A program made the translations under genes and the position numbers. Below the pieces are notes generated by a model. It did no database searches and had not been told where the DNA came from. It was given only the letters and a program-made list of their open reading frames with translations. Below are positions 24,929 to 37,087 of a DNA stretch of 60,000 nt, piece by piece. How positions within the stretch are numbered: position 1 is the stretch's first letter; every line of letters starts with the position of its first letter. Source of the DNA: Lama glama (taxonomy: Eukaryota); NCBI GenBank assembly GCA_028534125.1, contig CM052818.1:32924001-32984000 (forward strand). The letters run 5' to 3'.

Positions 24929-25147
24929 CTAAACCAAGAAGCAGGAAGATGGAGAGTGAGAAAGCGGTGGCGAGAATGGGAAGATGGGGGGGAGGTGGGA
25001 GGGAGGGATGGAGGAAATGGGGTTTATTATCATTGCTGCATGGGGAACACACAGCCTGAGCCATGGGCCCCTGAAGTCCCCAGAAAGCCTTCTGGAATCT
25101 TCTTCTTATCAGAGGGAGAATAGTTTTTCCTCCCTCAGTCATCTTAC

Positions 25148-25243
25148 CATGCTGTTCCAGAGGGCAGAGGCGGCGTGGGCATGAGCCTTGCTACTGAAGT
25201 GGAAACAGTCAGGAGCGAAGAAAGAGCTGTCAGGCAGCCCCTC
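25148..25243 (-). CDS. PLB1: PLB1 exon, 96 nt (repeat 2, catalytic His): [32 protein letters not shown]
   Basis: tgaccag|GAG...ATG|gtaaga; His codon at 25199-25201. Confidence 0.97.
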
Positions 25244-25356
25244 CTGGTCACAGGGCAGAACAGAGGGGTCGTGTTACAGAGAGGTCGGGTAACACAAATG
25301 ATGGTCAGAAACAGCTGGGCACTACCCCTAGCGCCCACTTATCCATGAGGCTTTAC

Positions 25357-25461
25357 CGGGGTCTTCGGCATGTCCACTTTTTCAAAGAATGGCTGCACGA
25401 CCACTGTAAAATCTTCCCTCGTGTCGTACTGCCCACTCTCAACCAGCTCGTGAGTCCTCTC
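25357..25461 (-). CDS. PLB1: PLB1 exon, 105 nt (repeat 2): [35 protein letters not shown]
   Basis: cctacag|GAG...CCG|gtaaag. Confidence 0.97.
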
Positions 25462-26676
25462 CTGTAGGAGGAAGAGGGACAGGGTCAAGGGGCTCTCGGC
25501 ATCTGCCCTGGCTTTGTGTGGATTCTTTCTCTACCATAGAATTAAACAGAGTCTGACCTTTGAGTGAGACCAGTCTGCAGCAAAATCTCAACTGATCAGG
25601 AGCCAGTTTTCAGATCAGCCTTTATCTCAGCCCTCACCCCTAACCTCTGCTGCTGTTGCATCTATTGGACTTAGGCTGGCAAAGAAGAAAAACCTAAGTC
25701 CATCCGTTTGATCCTCTTTTAAATCTTCTGATTAAAGACTAGGTTGGAGGTAGGGGGAGTGTGGATTTGATTAAGCGACTTTTTTTTTGGATAATCCTTA
25801 CATTTCTGTCCGACATTTGTCCAGAAAATCGAAGGTGAACCAACAACGATGTTTAATGCCTATTTATATCACTCGCGAGTGGGGTGTGCCTGCGAGCATG
25901 TGCGCTCCTGTGCGTGCACACTTCCTTGAGACTCTCGGATCTGTCTCGGAGGTGGCAGGGCTGTTACCCTCATCGCTTCCACTGGGCTCAGTTCCAGGAG
26001 GATCAGTTACCCTAATTCTGACTCCCACTTCTGCCAGACTCTGGCATTTCACAGCTTTGCCAGGTTGCCATCTTTTAGAGCCAGGACCCCGGCTGGAGGA
26101 AGAAGTCAAGGCTTCCATACCCAGAACATTAGTGCAGTCACTTCAGAAGACACCATGACATCAAGACACCTTCTTCTTCCACAGGTCATCCCCTATGCTG
26201 GGGATGCCTCGCTTCTGACCTCCTGGGGGAGTCTTCCAGTTACAGGCAGAGCCTTAAGGCAGGCAGAAGGTGCAGTACCACTAACTAGCTGTGTGACTTC
26301 CAGCAAGATGCTTTCCCTCTCTGGACCACTATTTACTCGTTTGTAAATGGAGGATATTCACCAAGGCCTGGACTATCCCTTAAGTCCCTCCCAATGCTGC
26401 TAGTGGCTCCATGGATCAGTCACAATGGCTCACAGTGGAACCCTGCACCTCTTGAGAAATGAAACAAGTAGTGTCAAGAAAGCCTGGCACATGGTGGCTA
26501 TTGACAGCAATGATCATCTCCAGGGTGCGGATGGTAGAGAGTGAGAGGACTCAGAGAGAGGGCTCGATGGCCTCATGTGGCTGAGCTGTGAGCTTCTCCA
26601 GGACACTAGATCAGGGTCAGGGACCAAGATCAGGCCTGAGAACAGCTGGCCAATCTAGAACGGTCAGTGAAGGCCG

Positions 26677-27140
26677 TGTTGGTGAATAGCTCTCCTTCTC
26701 TTTGGTTGCCCAGCATCTGAACCCACTTCCTGTGTTTGAAAAACTCCACTATATGAACAGCCTGCTTCTCACTATAGAAGGTGAGAAAGACAGATGCTGC
26801 CTTTCCAACGCCCCACGCACATGCCTGAGGGTCCCCCAGTAGATGCTCCCACCTCAGGCTTTGGTTTGGAAGCTAGTGATAGAAAAATGGAGGGACAGCA
26901 CAGAACCCATCTCATTCCTAGAAGCGGCAGTGACAGTGACAGTGGTGTCCATGGTGTCTCCACTGGATGAGTTCTTTGGCCTAATTTTGATTCTTATGGC
27001 ATGGTCCCCAGAATTCCAGGATTCTGCAATTTCTGGTGGCTCAGCCTATGACCTTATCTCTTCCAGATACTCTGCTTAAATAATAAATCTGCTTAAATTA
27101 ACTGGAATTGCATAATCCTTTGTTGCTTGCACCCAACCCC
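26677..27140 (+). mobile_element. old ERVL solo LTR (LTR33-like)
   Basis: 5' 'tttggttgcccagcatctgaacc' and 3' 'aataaatctgcttaaattaactggaattg...tgttgcttgcacccaa' resemble LTR33 ends. Confidence 0.55.
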
Positions 27141-27996
27141 CACTTGGAAAAGGTTTGCTTTCATGGCCATAACCTTGGCTGCCTTCCCTTTCCTGGCGAA
27201 GACCATGGACTTCCTCGCCAGAGATGAAGGCGCCTGCTCATGGCAGAAGGAAGTGTAGCTGGGGAGTCACCGAGAGGGCTGGGAGACGGTAAACAGAGGG
27301 TCACTCCCCTGAGCCCTGCCACTGCTGGCAGATGTGGCTGCCCTGAAAGATGCAGTAGGGGAGGGGTTCTGCTCCAAGGAGACCTTGGGCCTGAAGGCTG
27401 GCTCCATCCTGGAAGCTGCTTCCAGCCTGCTCTAGAAAGGCTAGAAGGCTACCATTGTTCTCTGGAGGGACTGGATGATTATTTAGGGGGAAACTCAAGA
27501 GAGTCAAGGGTGTCAGCTGCTCCACTCAAAGATTTGATGGAGAAAGACCTAAAGGAACAATTCACAGGCTGTCTGGAGATCATCTGCTGGTTTTCTTTCT
27601 CCCTGTGCGCCCCAATAACACTGTTCCCGCAGGAGTCAGGGGCAGCGGGAAGGCATGTTATCTCACTGAATCCTCCAGACTTTCTTGGGTGGCAAGCGTT
27701 TCCCACCCAGGAGTCTGAAGCTCATACTCACTCTCCATGGACAACTGGAAATACTTTGTGTGTGTAAGGCCAGGAAGTAAGATGTGGAGATGTGTGTTCA
27801 GTGACTTGGCTCTATGGCTTGATTCAAATAAACTGAAACTGCTGCCTTGCAGGTGTCTTTAAATCTGCAAACTGGCCCTTGGTAACCTCACACCCAGTCA
27901 GGGTCAAAATAATGTCATCATGTGCTCATTTCCTAACCAGAGCGACGAAGCCATGCCCTAGTCCTTGTGCAGTCCTGGAACCCTTTCCCGGCTTAC

Positions 27997-28078
27997 CTGA
28001 TACTTCTTGTTTGCCTCGATGAGGGCGGCAAGTTCTGTTGAGTTATCATCAAACTTCAAGACGCAGGGACACAGACTC
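27997..28078 (-). CDS. PLB1: PLB1 exon, 82 nt (repeat 2): (R)[27 protein letters not shown]
   Basis: tccgcag|G AGT...CAG|gtaagc. Confidence 0.96.
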
Positions 28079-28399
28079 CTGCGGACCAAACCAAAGAGAT
28101 GCCCCGCACCATCAGAACCACCGTCTGAGTGCCTGACCCAGAGACATTGGATTGGGAATCAGAACACATTTAACTCGGAGGTTTCAGAAGCCTGTGTTAA
28201 TAGGGGCCCGGGCTGGCTAATCTGTCACACAGATTTCCCAGACCTTGATTTGCTCATGGAAATGAAATAGTTACGTCTTCTGACACCTGCAGGAGTGATT
28301 TTTATGGAGATGAGGTAGCTTATGATTGTCTGAGGACAGCACAGTATAGATAAGGCGTGTGTCCTTTCAACTATTAGTGACAACAATACTAACAATGGG

Positions 28400-28595
28400 G
28401 CTTACATACTGGATGTTTCCTGTGCTGAGAGCCTTATGGGTACTAACTTGTTTAATCCTTTTAGCTATTCCAAAAGTTGTATTATCCCCATTTTATAGAT
28501 GAGAAGACTGAGGTTCAGCATAGTTAAATAATTTCTCAAAGTCCCATGGATGCTGAGCATGGGAGCCAGGACTTGAACTCAAGTCTGTCTGGCCT
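28400..28595 (-). mobile_element. MIR SINE
   Basis: 'attatccccattttatagatgagaagactgaggttcag...ggagccaggacttgaactcaagtctgtctg'. Confidence 0.75.
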
Positions 28596-30076
28596 GAATC
28601 TGTTAATCCCTAGTTACCTAGTTAAGCTGTTTCTGTCCAGTCTGTACCTGTGCCCTGATGAGCTATCTTGCAAATTTAGGCTTTGGGTCCAGGGGCAGGC
28701 GGTGCTAAGAGTGTGAATGGCTCAGTGTAGACTCAGCACCAGGAGAGAAAGCAGAGCCACTGGGACAGAACAGCAGAGAGGCAGGGAGTGCAGGGCACTG
28801 GAGAGGCAGCAGGACAAGGTGACCCTGAGTCCATCTAACCCCACAGTCAGGGACTTGGCCATTCCAAATGTGACAAAGTCCTACTCTGAACCTTCCGCTT
28901 TAATTGTCTAAAAACCCGGTGGTGATCACCAGCAAGAGACTTTTGGGTGAGCTGCTCTGAAATGGAATGAATACACTGAACCCCCGATGTGGCCCAGTGA
29001 CTGGAGAAAGTGGGAGCCGGGGATGAGTCAGCAGCTGAAAATAGCACGCCTGGCACCAACCGCGCTAACAGGCACGTGTCACCCGGAGCTGTGCTCCCTC
29101 TGCGCTCTGCAGCCTCAGGCCTTCCCCGGGGGACCTGTACGATCTAGGCCCCCAGGGGTGTGGACGGACTGGCATGGATCTACAGGGGAACAGCCAGGTA
29201 CCCCTTAATTTCCAAGAGCAAATCTGATCCTTGTGAATTATTCATTCAGTCATTCAGCAAACAGCCACTGAACCCCTATACCACGCTGGTGGTGACTCAG
29301 ACACAGAGATCAGGGCCGGGTGGGGCGGGGAGGCACAAGAGTCATCACCGTGTGATGTGCTCAGGGCTACAGTGGGGGCCTGTACAGAGCTCCAGGGCTG
29401 GGGAGGGGAGAAGGGGATGGGGGCACATAGACACCATGATCTGGACTAACGGTCCAGAGGAGGCCTTGCAGGAAGGAATGGTTTGTGCTTGGGTTAGAAG
29501 GACATTTTCTCCCTGAGGGTCACGTGTAGCATTAGAGGAGAGCCATCTTTGGCTCTGGAGATTGGCCTCTAGGGCCAAGACTCTGTGCTCCAGGGAAGGC
29601 TCTGTCCTCTGGACCCTGCTGATTCCAACTTGACCACCCTCTCTTCTAGAAGGTGAAAACAGCTCTACCTTTGTGAATGCCCAGCCTGGAGCACCCACAC
29701 CAGAGGCTCCTTCGGTCCTGGAGCTCGGTCTCTGAGGGTGGTGGGGAGCTCTGGACACACTGAGAAGCAGGCCCTAGCAGCAGCCAGTGAGCCTGGTCCA
29801 CAGAGGCTCACTCCATCCCTCCTGCTTTCCGCATCCCTCCCTGGAGGACTGAGGGTGACCTGGGCTGCAGGGAACAGAAGCCCAGTTGGGTTGTAAATGC
29901 ATTCCAGGGGAGCGGAAGCCTAGACTGGGGTCACAAAAGCCCTGGGATGTCGCATCCAGGAGGCCTTATCAGGTTTGACAAGGGGTCTGAGCACTCCTCA
30001 CACTCCTGCCCTTGGCTCTTCTAAGTAACCAGAGTCACTTTCTGCAAAGGGGCCCATGGAGAAATGTCCATCTTAC

Positions 30077-30177
30077 CGGAGGATCAGCCTCGGGCAGCTG
30101 ACATTCTTATCCTGGTACAGCTCCCTCAGGTTGATCATCTCCAGCACCTTTACCAGGTTCACAAACGCCCGAGGCAC
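30077..30177 (-). CDS. PLB1: PLB1 exon, 101 nt (repeat 2): [33 protein letters not shown](R)
   Basis: tgctcag|GTG...CTC CG|gtaaga. Confidence 0.96.
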
Positions 30178-30527
30178 CTGAGCAAAGGCAAGATCAGAAC
30201 CAAGAGGCCCGAGGCTCGGCAGCTCAGCCTCTCACCTGGGTCTGGGGCCAGCTTCTCCGCTGGGCATCAGGTCTGTGGCCTTTCATCTGGCCCCACCCAC
30301 TTCCTTCATCCCTGCCTCCTCCCGCCTCTGCTCCCCACTGACATGTTTGTGTTCAGGCTGCTGGGACCAGGACTGACACCTTGGTTAGTGCTGGTCTCCA
30401 GGAGAAGGGGACCTGGTAGGGAGGTCTCAGCGGGAAGCCAGAGCCACTTCTGAGCTCAGACTGGAGGCCAAGAGGAAGGAGGCCTATGGTTGAGATGCTC
30501 AGAGGCCATGTGGCCCGGCCTTCATAC

Positions 30528-30593
30528 CTCAGCGTGGAGGATGTCCAAAGCCTTCCCAATGTTGGCTACGAAGTTCTCGGGAGAATAGTGAAC
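30528..30593 (-). CDS. PLB1: PLB1 exon, 66 nt (repeat 2): VHYSPENFVANIGKALDILHAE
   Basis: cctacag|GTT...GAG|gtatga. Confidence 0.96.
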
Positions 30594-31743
30594 CTGTAGG
30601 CAGAGGAAACGTCTCTGACACCATTCATCATCCAACCTCTCTGCAGATCAGGACCAGAAGGGCAACACTGAATCACAGGTTGTCTTTTGGGGCCCCAGCT
30701 TCCATGCCAACTCCACGGCCCTCAGGCTTGTCAAAGCTGTGACCCCTTCCTCTGCATGGAGCTATGAAAGATCTGGGTCCACTTCATGTCAACTAGACAG
30801 AGGGCCTTAGCTAAAGCACGGCACACCTCTGGGTCCCTCTACAATGGGGTGCTGAGCAGAGGACCTCTAAGATCGCCTGCAGCTTGGACATTTTTTGTCC
30901 TAAGGCCTGATCACTTCCTCTTGGTGCCTCAAGTGCCTGGGAACCCACAGCCCAATCAAATCACTTAAGTAGATACCAAGAGGGGAAGGGGGTCCCGCGA
31001 ACCCCGTCCCAAGCACAGATACATTTTAATGGTGATTTCCCCTGATTGCAATACTTGTGGTTTTTAAACTTTTTGAAAGCCGTGGAACTCTTCCTCTGAA
31101 CAAAATGTAACCAAGAACCCTGCTCTAATAAACAGATCAAAGCTTCAGAGCAAGCAGGGGAGGGGCCCATGGTCCCACCTGCCCACCTGCCCTCACCCCA
31201 GCCACCCCAAGGCCCCACTGGGGGCTCTTCACGTCACAGCTGGAAACCCCAGACCTGGTGACATTGCTGCCAGGAAAGCAGGCCGAGAGGGGTCTAGGGG
31301 GCAGGGTCATCCCCCAGGGCAGTTGCTCTCAGGCCACGGCAAGACCCATCACTTCTTAAACTTTGCTCTGCTGGTCCCCTTTCTGCCTGACAAGTTTCTC
31401 CTGTTCATGTCCCAGTTGGAAAGTCTCCTGCTCTCTGTAAACCTCTGACACCACCTGCTCCCCCTCCCACATTCCATGGCAGTTCGGACCCCAGACCTCT
31501 CTTCTGTGTGCAGCACTAGAAACACACTGGGACATTTTCTCATCGAGTCATGGTGGGTTGTCTGTGTCTCCCTGCCCTGGCAGTGTGAGTTCCTTGAGGA
31601 CACAGCTGTGTGTCAGCGGCTGCCGGGCCCCCAGATCTGTGCCAGACTGCAAGCCAAGTCCTAGCCCAGCTGCACTGCTCTGGTGACCGTGAGTAGAAAT
31701 CCTTCCCCGGGGGACCCTTGGGGGTTAGGGCCTGGGGACTTAC

Positions 31744-31824
31744 CATGTCATCACAGAAATCACAGAGATCATTGCCTCCTATAAACAGGGTTATTATCTT
31801 CCAATCTTCCTGGAAATTTATGTT
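31744..31824 (-). CDS. PLB1: PLB1 exon, 81 nt (repeat 2, GGND block): [27 protein letters not shown]
   Basis: attccag|AAC...ATG|gtaagt; Asn at 31771-31773, Asp at 31768-31770. Confidence 0.97.
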
Positions 31825-32152
31825 CTGGAATGAATGGGAAACAAATAAATGCCTTGCCCAGAGTCAAGTCCAGGAAAATACAAAGTGCTGAACGCTGCAG
31901 GGACAGGTCCTCACACACCAGAGGGTTTAGTGGACGTTGATATTTTCTGTTCTTTGGTTTGGGGGTTCTGAGTCAGAAGTCATGGGTGCAAAATCATTTG
32001 CTATTTTTTTTAAAGGGGGATTCTCTGGACTTCCACGTGGCCCTGTCCTCCCGCAGAGCAGACCCTCCCCGTCTCCGTGATTTCTCACGCTCACTCCCTG
32101 CTCCGGGCAGTCCTGCCTCAAGGGGTCCCAGGCAGCACCTCCGCAGACTTAC

Positions 32153-32204
32153 CGTGTTACTCTTCATCAGGTCCACCAGCCTCCTGGCCTGGACAGGTAA
32201 ATCC
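32153..32204 (-). CDS. PLB1: PLB1 exon, 52 nt (repeat 2): (E)DLPVQARRLVDLMKSNT
   Basis: cccgcag|G GAT...ACG|gtaagt. Confidence 0.96.
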
Positions 32205-32649
32205 CTGCGGGCACACACAGGGAGAAGTCATGTGAGCAGCGGTGGCTGTGAAGCTGGGGCGGGGAGGGGACTTAGAAGAGGGGTGGGGGATAAGATACGG
32301 AGCCGGAAAGTGGACTGATGGCCATGCTCTGTCACATGGCTTGTCTCCGTTTTGTCTCTGCCTGGCAGGGGAGGGGGCGGGGGGTGGGGGTGTGGGGGTG
32401 GGAATCGTGACTGTGCCCTCGCAAGGGCAGAGCATCCTACACGTGAGGGGGTGACTGTCAGTGTGGTTGTTTTCTGACTGGCATGTTTGATTACATACTT
32501 TTCTTTCTCTTCCCAGCCAGGCTCATTCAGGGCACACACAGGGCTGTGCGTGAGCAGTTCCCGTCACGCATGGCCCGGCACAAGCCCGTTTCTGCAGGTG
32601 CCGTGACCACAGCCTCAAGGGCATTCTCACTTTCAAGGGGACGTGGTCG

Positions 32650-32990
32650 AGTCAGACAACCTGGGTTTGACATTTGGTTGCCTCTTGCTAACTGTGGGAA
32701 TGTGACTTACTTAAATTCTCACAGTCCAAAAAAGATAGGAGATAACCCCCGCTGCCTTAATGGGTCTTAGAGATGCTCAGGGTGGGCCCTGTGGGTGTCG
32801 GGCAGCATGGGTTTGAATCCTGCTTCCACCATGGACCAGCTGTGGGACCTTGGACCTTGGCAAAGTACTTAACCTTGTAAACCCTCAGTTTCCTCCTTTG
32901 GAAGAATGGGGATGACAAGTATACATTCTTCGAAGAGAAGTTGGGTAGATTAAATAAGGTGCCCATAAAGAACTTAGAACAGCACATGGT
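32650..32990 (+). mobile_element. two adjacent MIR fragments
   Basis: 'gggtttgaatcctgcttccacca...gctgtgggaccttgg...ctcagtttcctcctttggaagaatgggg'. Confidence 0.65.
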
Positions 32991-34942
32991 AAACCACATT
33001 AGAAATAATCCACTGAATTACTTCAACCATCACCGGTAGAGTCCCTGGCACAGTACTGAGCAGGAAACACGAGTTGTTATCCTCTTCCTCTCTTAACTAT
33101 TGGCCCAACTGGCCTGGTCTTGGTCATAGTGGAGTAGGAATCAGATAACCCAGGTGGAGACTCTGGGTCAACCGCTAAACCTCCTTGAGCCTCAGCTCCC
33201 TCCTCTGCAGCTCTGCAGTCAGCAGGGCAGCTGCTTTTTCTGTGGACCCAAGTTTGGGGATGGTTACTTGGCTTCTCTGAGCCTCAGTACATCATCAAGA
33301 AAACACAGGCATCTGGCCCTGTGCTCTGTCCATCTCACAGTTACTGCACAGAGCACAAGAGATAAGAAACGTGAAGCTGCTCTGTAAGGTGCACACTGCG
33401 GTATGTGTCTGATGGGTCGAAATCAGAGGACCCGGAATGAGGAAGGCCTGCAGGGTGCAAAGATGACAGGCCCCGCGCTCGGGATCACGCATTTGATCAG
33501 GCCTCTTCATCTCTTTGTGCTACAGTGTCACAAAGATTGTCAATCCCTAACTCTTCCCTACAGCTCAGGATGTGCTTGGACAAGTGGATTCCTTGCATGA
33601 AAGAGCCTCAAGGCCTCGGGGGAAGCAGGGAAAAATCCAGGACCACGTGAGTCATACTCTGTTTTGGTTACTTTTATGCTTTCAACTAAGGTTTCGTTCC
33701 GGCACACCTTCCTGACCTAATCGTGCTCAGAGCTGCCTTTCTGCTTACACCACCAGCTGACACGTTTGGAAAAAAAGCAAGATTTTGGTAACATTAATGT
33801 AAGCCCCAAATTTTAAGCAGTATGTCAGTAGCTTTTCACCCCTCCCCCACCAAAAGGAAAGTGAAGCCACAGAATTCGTTATAAAACCTATTAGGTTTTG
33901 TATGATCTCTGCTTCAGATAATCTGCCACCTTTCCCATCGTGAATGAGTGACTTTGGTCAGGGGCTCGTGATCAGGATGGTGTTGAGAGCTAAGAGAATG
34001 ATGTCAGGGGATCTCGCAGCCAACACACAGGAATCCCTAGGAACAACACGGTAAAGCTTGTAATTATTCTAGCAGAAATGTAGGACTAAGAAGCAGAAAG
34101 GATCCTTCCATTTATCTTTCCAAGACTGGACACGGCACTCACGGGTTCTCTGACCGGCTAGCAAACCCAAAGAAGCACTCAGGGCTCCGGGATCATAGAG
34201 AGAAATGGAGGACCCAGGAAAGCCGAACCTGTTCTCTGGAATCCTCCATCCAGTGCCCACAGACCACGATTCGGTGGTCCCCTTGCTCTCTGACAGTTTT
34301 CCCCAGGTGGGTCCTGCAGCCCTGCTGCACTGTTGCCGGGACCACTGTCCTGACCCGGCATGTCTGCACTATTCACAGCTCACCAGAACGTTCACTTTCA
34401 GCATGGCACTGAGCCTCACAGCCGCCCCGTGGGAGAGGTTCAGCCCCATCTCTTAGAGGCTCAGGCTTAAAGAGGCCAGGGGAGGCTCAGATTCATGTCC
34501 CCTGTATCCCCTGCCCCCAGGACTGGTGCTCTTCCTGCTAACCGAGAAGGGCGCAAAGTTTAGAGCCTGAAAAAGCTGCCCGAAAAGCAAATCTGAGAAA
34601 GAGAGAAGAGGACATGAAAGAGCGTTAACAGTGATAAGAACTGGGACTCAGGGTGAGTCCTCTTATGACCGCTGTCTTGTGTGAACACGGGATTCCTAGG
34701 TGAGGCAAAGAAATTTGCTCAGAGCACGTACCTGGCATCCGAATTAACTGTGACTAGTTCCTGGGGGGGGGGGCTAGCAGGTGTCTGTGACCCACAGCAA
34801 GGGGGCACCCAGTCCCATCTTTGACCCCCAGGCCCCTCCCTCACACCAAGCCCCCAGCCTTCAGCCACACACCCCAAGTCGAGGCCAAGCCCCTAACCAG
34901 GAGGACCTGTGCGGTTCACGCCCCCCAGGCTCCCGCGCTCAC

Positions 34943-35051
34943 TCAGCTCGGGCTCCTGCCACGGCCTGGTTCAGGAAGGCTCTGGGACTGCTTTCTTTCC
35001 CGGTGCCAACAGAGAAGCCCTTCAGAGAAGGGTTGAACTCCCGGAGAATGT
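34943..35051 (-). CDS. PLB1: PLB1 exon, 109 nt (repeat 2): (N)[35 protein letters not shown](E)
   Basis: tttccag|AC ATT...GCT GA|gtgagc. Confidence 0.97.
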
Positions 35052-35279
35052 CTGGAAACACAAGGAAGAGACATGTAGTCACTCCTCCAAGGCCTACTTT
35101 AAATTCCTGTGGAGACAAGGCAGACCCCACCCCCACAGCCCTCCCCATTACTGTTCACTCGGCACCAAAATAAAACGTCCGGTAGGCTGGCGCTCAGCCA
35201 CGGGGGCAGCACACAGAGGTGCTCAATGAACTACTGCTGAGTAAACGCCAGTCTGGCTCAGGGGCTGCTCGCGTACGTT

Positions 35280-36250
35280 TTTCTTTTTTTCTAAATATAT
35301 AATTGCTTTATTGAGATATAACTCATCTACCATAAAATTCACCAGTTTAAAGTATAATTCAATAGTTTTTAGTGCATTCATGCAGTTGTACAACTGTCAC
35401 CCCAATGAAGTTTAGAACAATTTCATCACCTCAGAAAGAAACCTTGAACCCATTAGCAGTCATTTCTTCCAGCCCCATAGCAACCAGTAATCTCCTTTCT
35501 ATCGCTACAGGTTTGCTGATTCTGGATGCTCATGTAAGTGGAATCATATAATACAGTATGTCTTTTGTGACTGGCTTCCTCCACTTAGCATGTTATCAAT
35601 GTTCATCTATGTTATAAGCAGGTGTCAGTATTTTGCCCCTTTTTATTGACAAATAATGTTCCGTTGGATGGATGCACCACATTTTTGGATTTTAAATGAA
35701 CTTTGCAGGTGTGGGATAAACCCCTTCTGGTCACGGAGCATAGTCCTTTCTGTACATTGCTGCATTCAGTGTGCCAGTGTTTTTTTGAGGATTCTTACAT
35801 CAATAGTCAAACGAGATAGTGTCCTGCTTTCTTTCCTTGTGATGGCTTTTTTCTTATTTTGATATTAGGATAATACTGGCCCCACAGAATCAATTTGGAA
35901 GGATTCCTTCCTTTTCTACTTTTGAGAGGAATTTGGGAAGAACTGAAATTAATTCTTCTTTAAATGTTTGATGGAATTCGCCAGTGAAACCAGAAAACTC
36001 TGAGCTTTCTTTGGATAGGAAGTTTTAAATTACCAATTCAATCTCTTCACTTGTTATACATCTATTAAGACTTTTTATTTCTATTTTTTTTTCTTGAATT
36101 AGTTCCAGCATCTGTATATCTTTCTAGGAATTTGTCCATTTCATCTAAGCTATCTAACTGATTGTCATACAGTTGTTATGATTGTTCAAAGTATTCTCTC
36201 ATAACCCTTTTTATTTCTGTGCTAATGTCTCCTCTTTCATTTCTGATTTT
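35280..36250 (-). mobile_element. old L1 (L1M-type) 3' UTR joined to an ORF2 fragment
   Basis: 'gctttattgagatataactcat...' 3' end to about 35685, followed by reverse ORF2-like 'gggataaacccc...ttgaggattcttacatc...gaatttgtccatttcatctaag'. Confidence 0.75.
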
Positions 36251-36473
36251 TAGGGGCTCTTCCCCTCGTCCACCCTGGTCAGTCTAACCACTTGCTGATT
36301 TTGTTCGACTTTTCAGTCTTATACGTCCTAATGCTTTTACCACATTGGATCTATACTTTTCATTTTTCCATCTCCCAAACTTGGCTGAGAACTCTGGAGA
36401 GCAGGGTCTGTATACATCCTGGAGGCTCACAAGTGCTCAATATACGTTTATGGACTAAATTAAGAATAACTCA

Positions 36474-36548
36474 CAATAGCCAAGACATGAGAGCAACCTA
36501 AATGTCCACGGACAGGTGACTTGATACAGAAGATGTGGTGTCTGTGTA

Positions 36549-36620
<72 letters not shown>

Positions 36621-37087
36621 AGAGAACACACACACATATATAACAGAATACTACTCAGCCATAAAAAAGAATTAAATAATGCCATTTGCAGCAATGTGGA
36701 TGACCTAGAGATTATCATACTAAGTGAAAAAAGTCAGACAAAGAAAGACAAATATTATTACTTGTATGTGGAATCTTAAAAAAATTACATGAACTTATTT
36801 AGAAAACAAAAAGAGACAGACACAGAAAAGAAACTTATGGCTACCAAAGCGGAAAGGAGGGGAAGGGATAAATTGGGAGTTTGGGATTAGCAGACACAAA
36901 CTACTATAAACAGAATAGACAACAACAAGGTCCTACTGTATAGCACAGGGAACTGTATTCAGTAACTTGTAATAACCTATCATGAAAAAGAATATGCAAA
37001 AAATATAGCTATGTGTATAAATGAATCACTATGCTGTACACCAGGAACACAACATTGTAAATCAACTACATGTCAATTTAAAAAGAA
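36474..37087 (+). mobile_element. 5'-truncated L1 (ORF2 end plus 3' UTR) with 12-bp TSD
   Basis: 'caatagccaagacatg...aacctaaatgtcca...gacctagagattatcatactaagtgaa...'; TSD AAGAATAACTCA at 36462-36473 and 37088-37099. Confidence 0.9.
36543..36641. repeat. compound (TG)n(TA)n(CA)n microsatellite inside L1
   Basis: Direct reading. Confidence 0.95.

Noticed and set aside
36455..36779. ORFs with L1-like and YIYI-repeat translations
   Set aside because: Truncated L1 ORF2 end plus microsatellite; not a gene.
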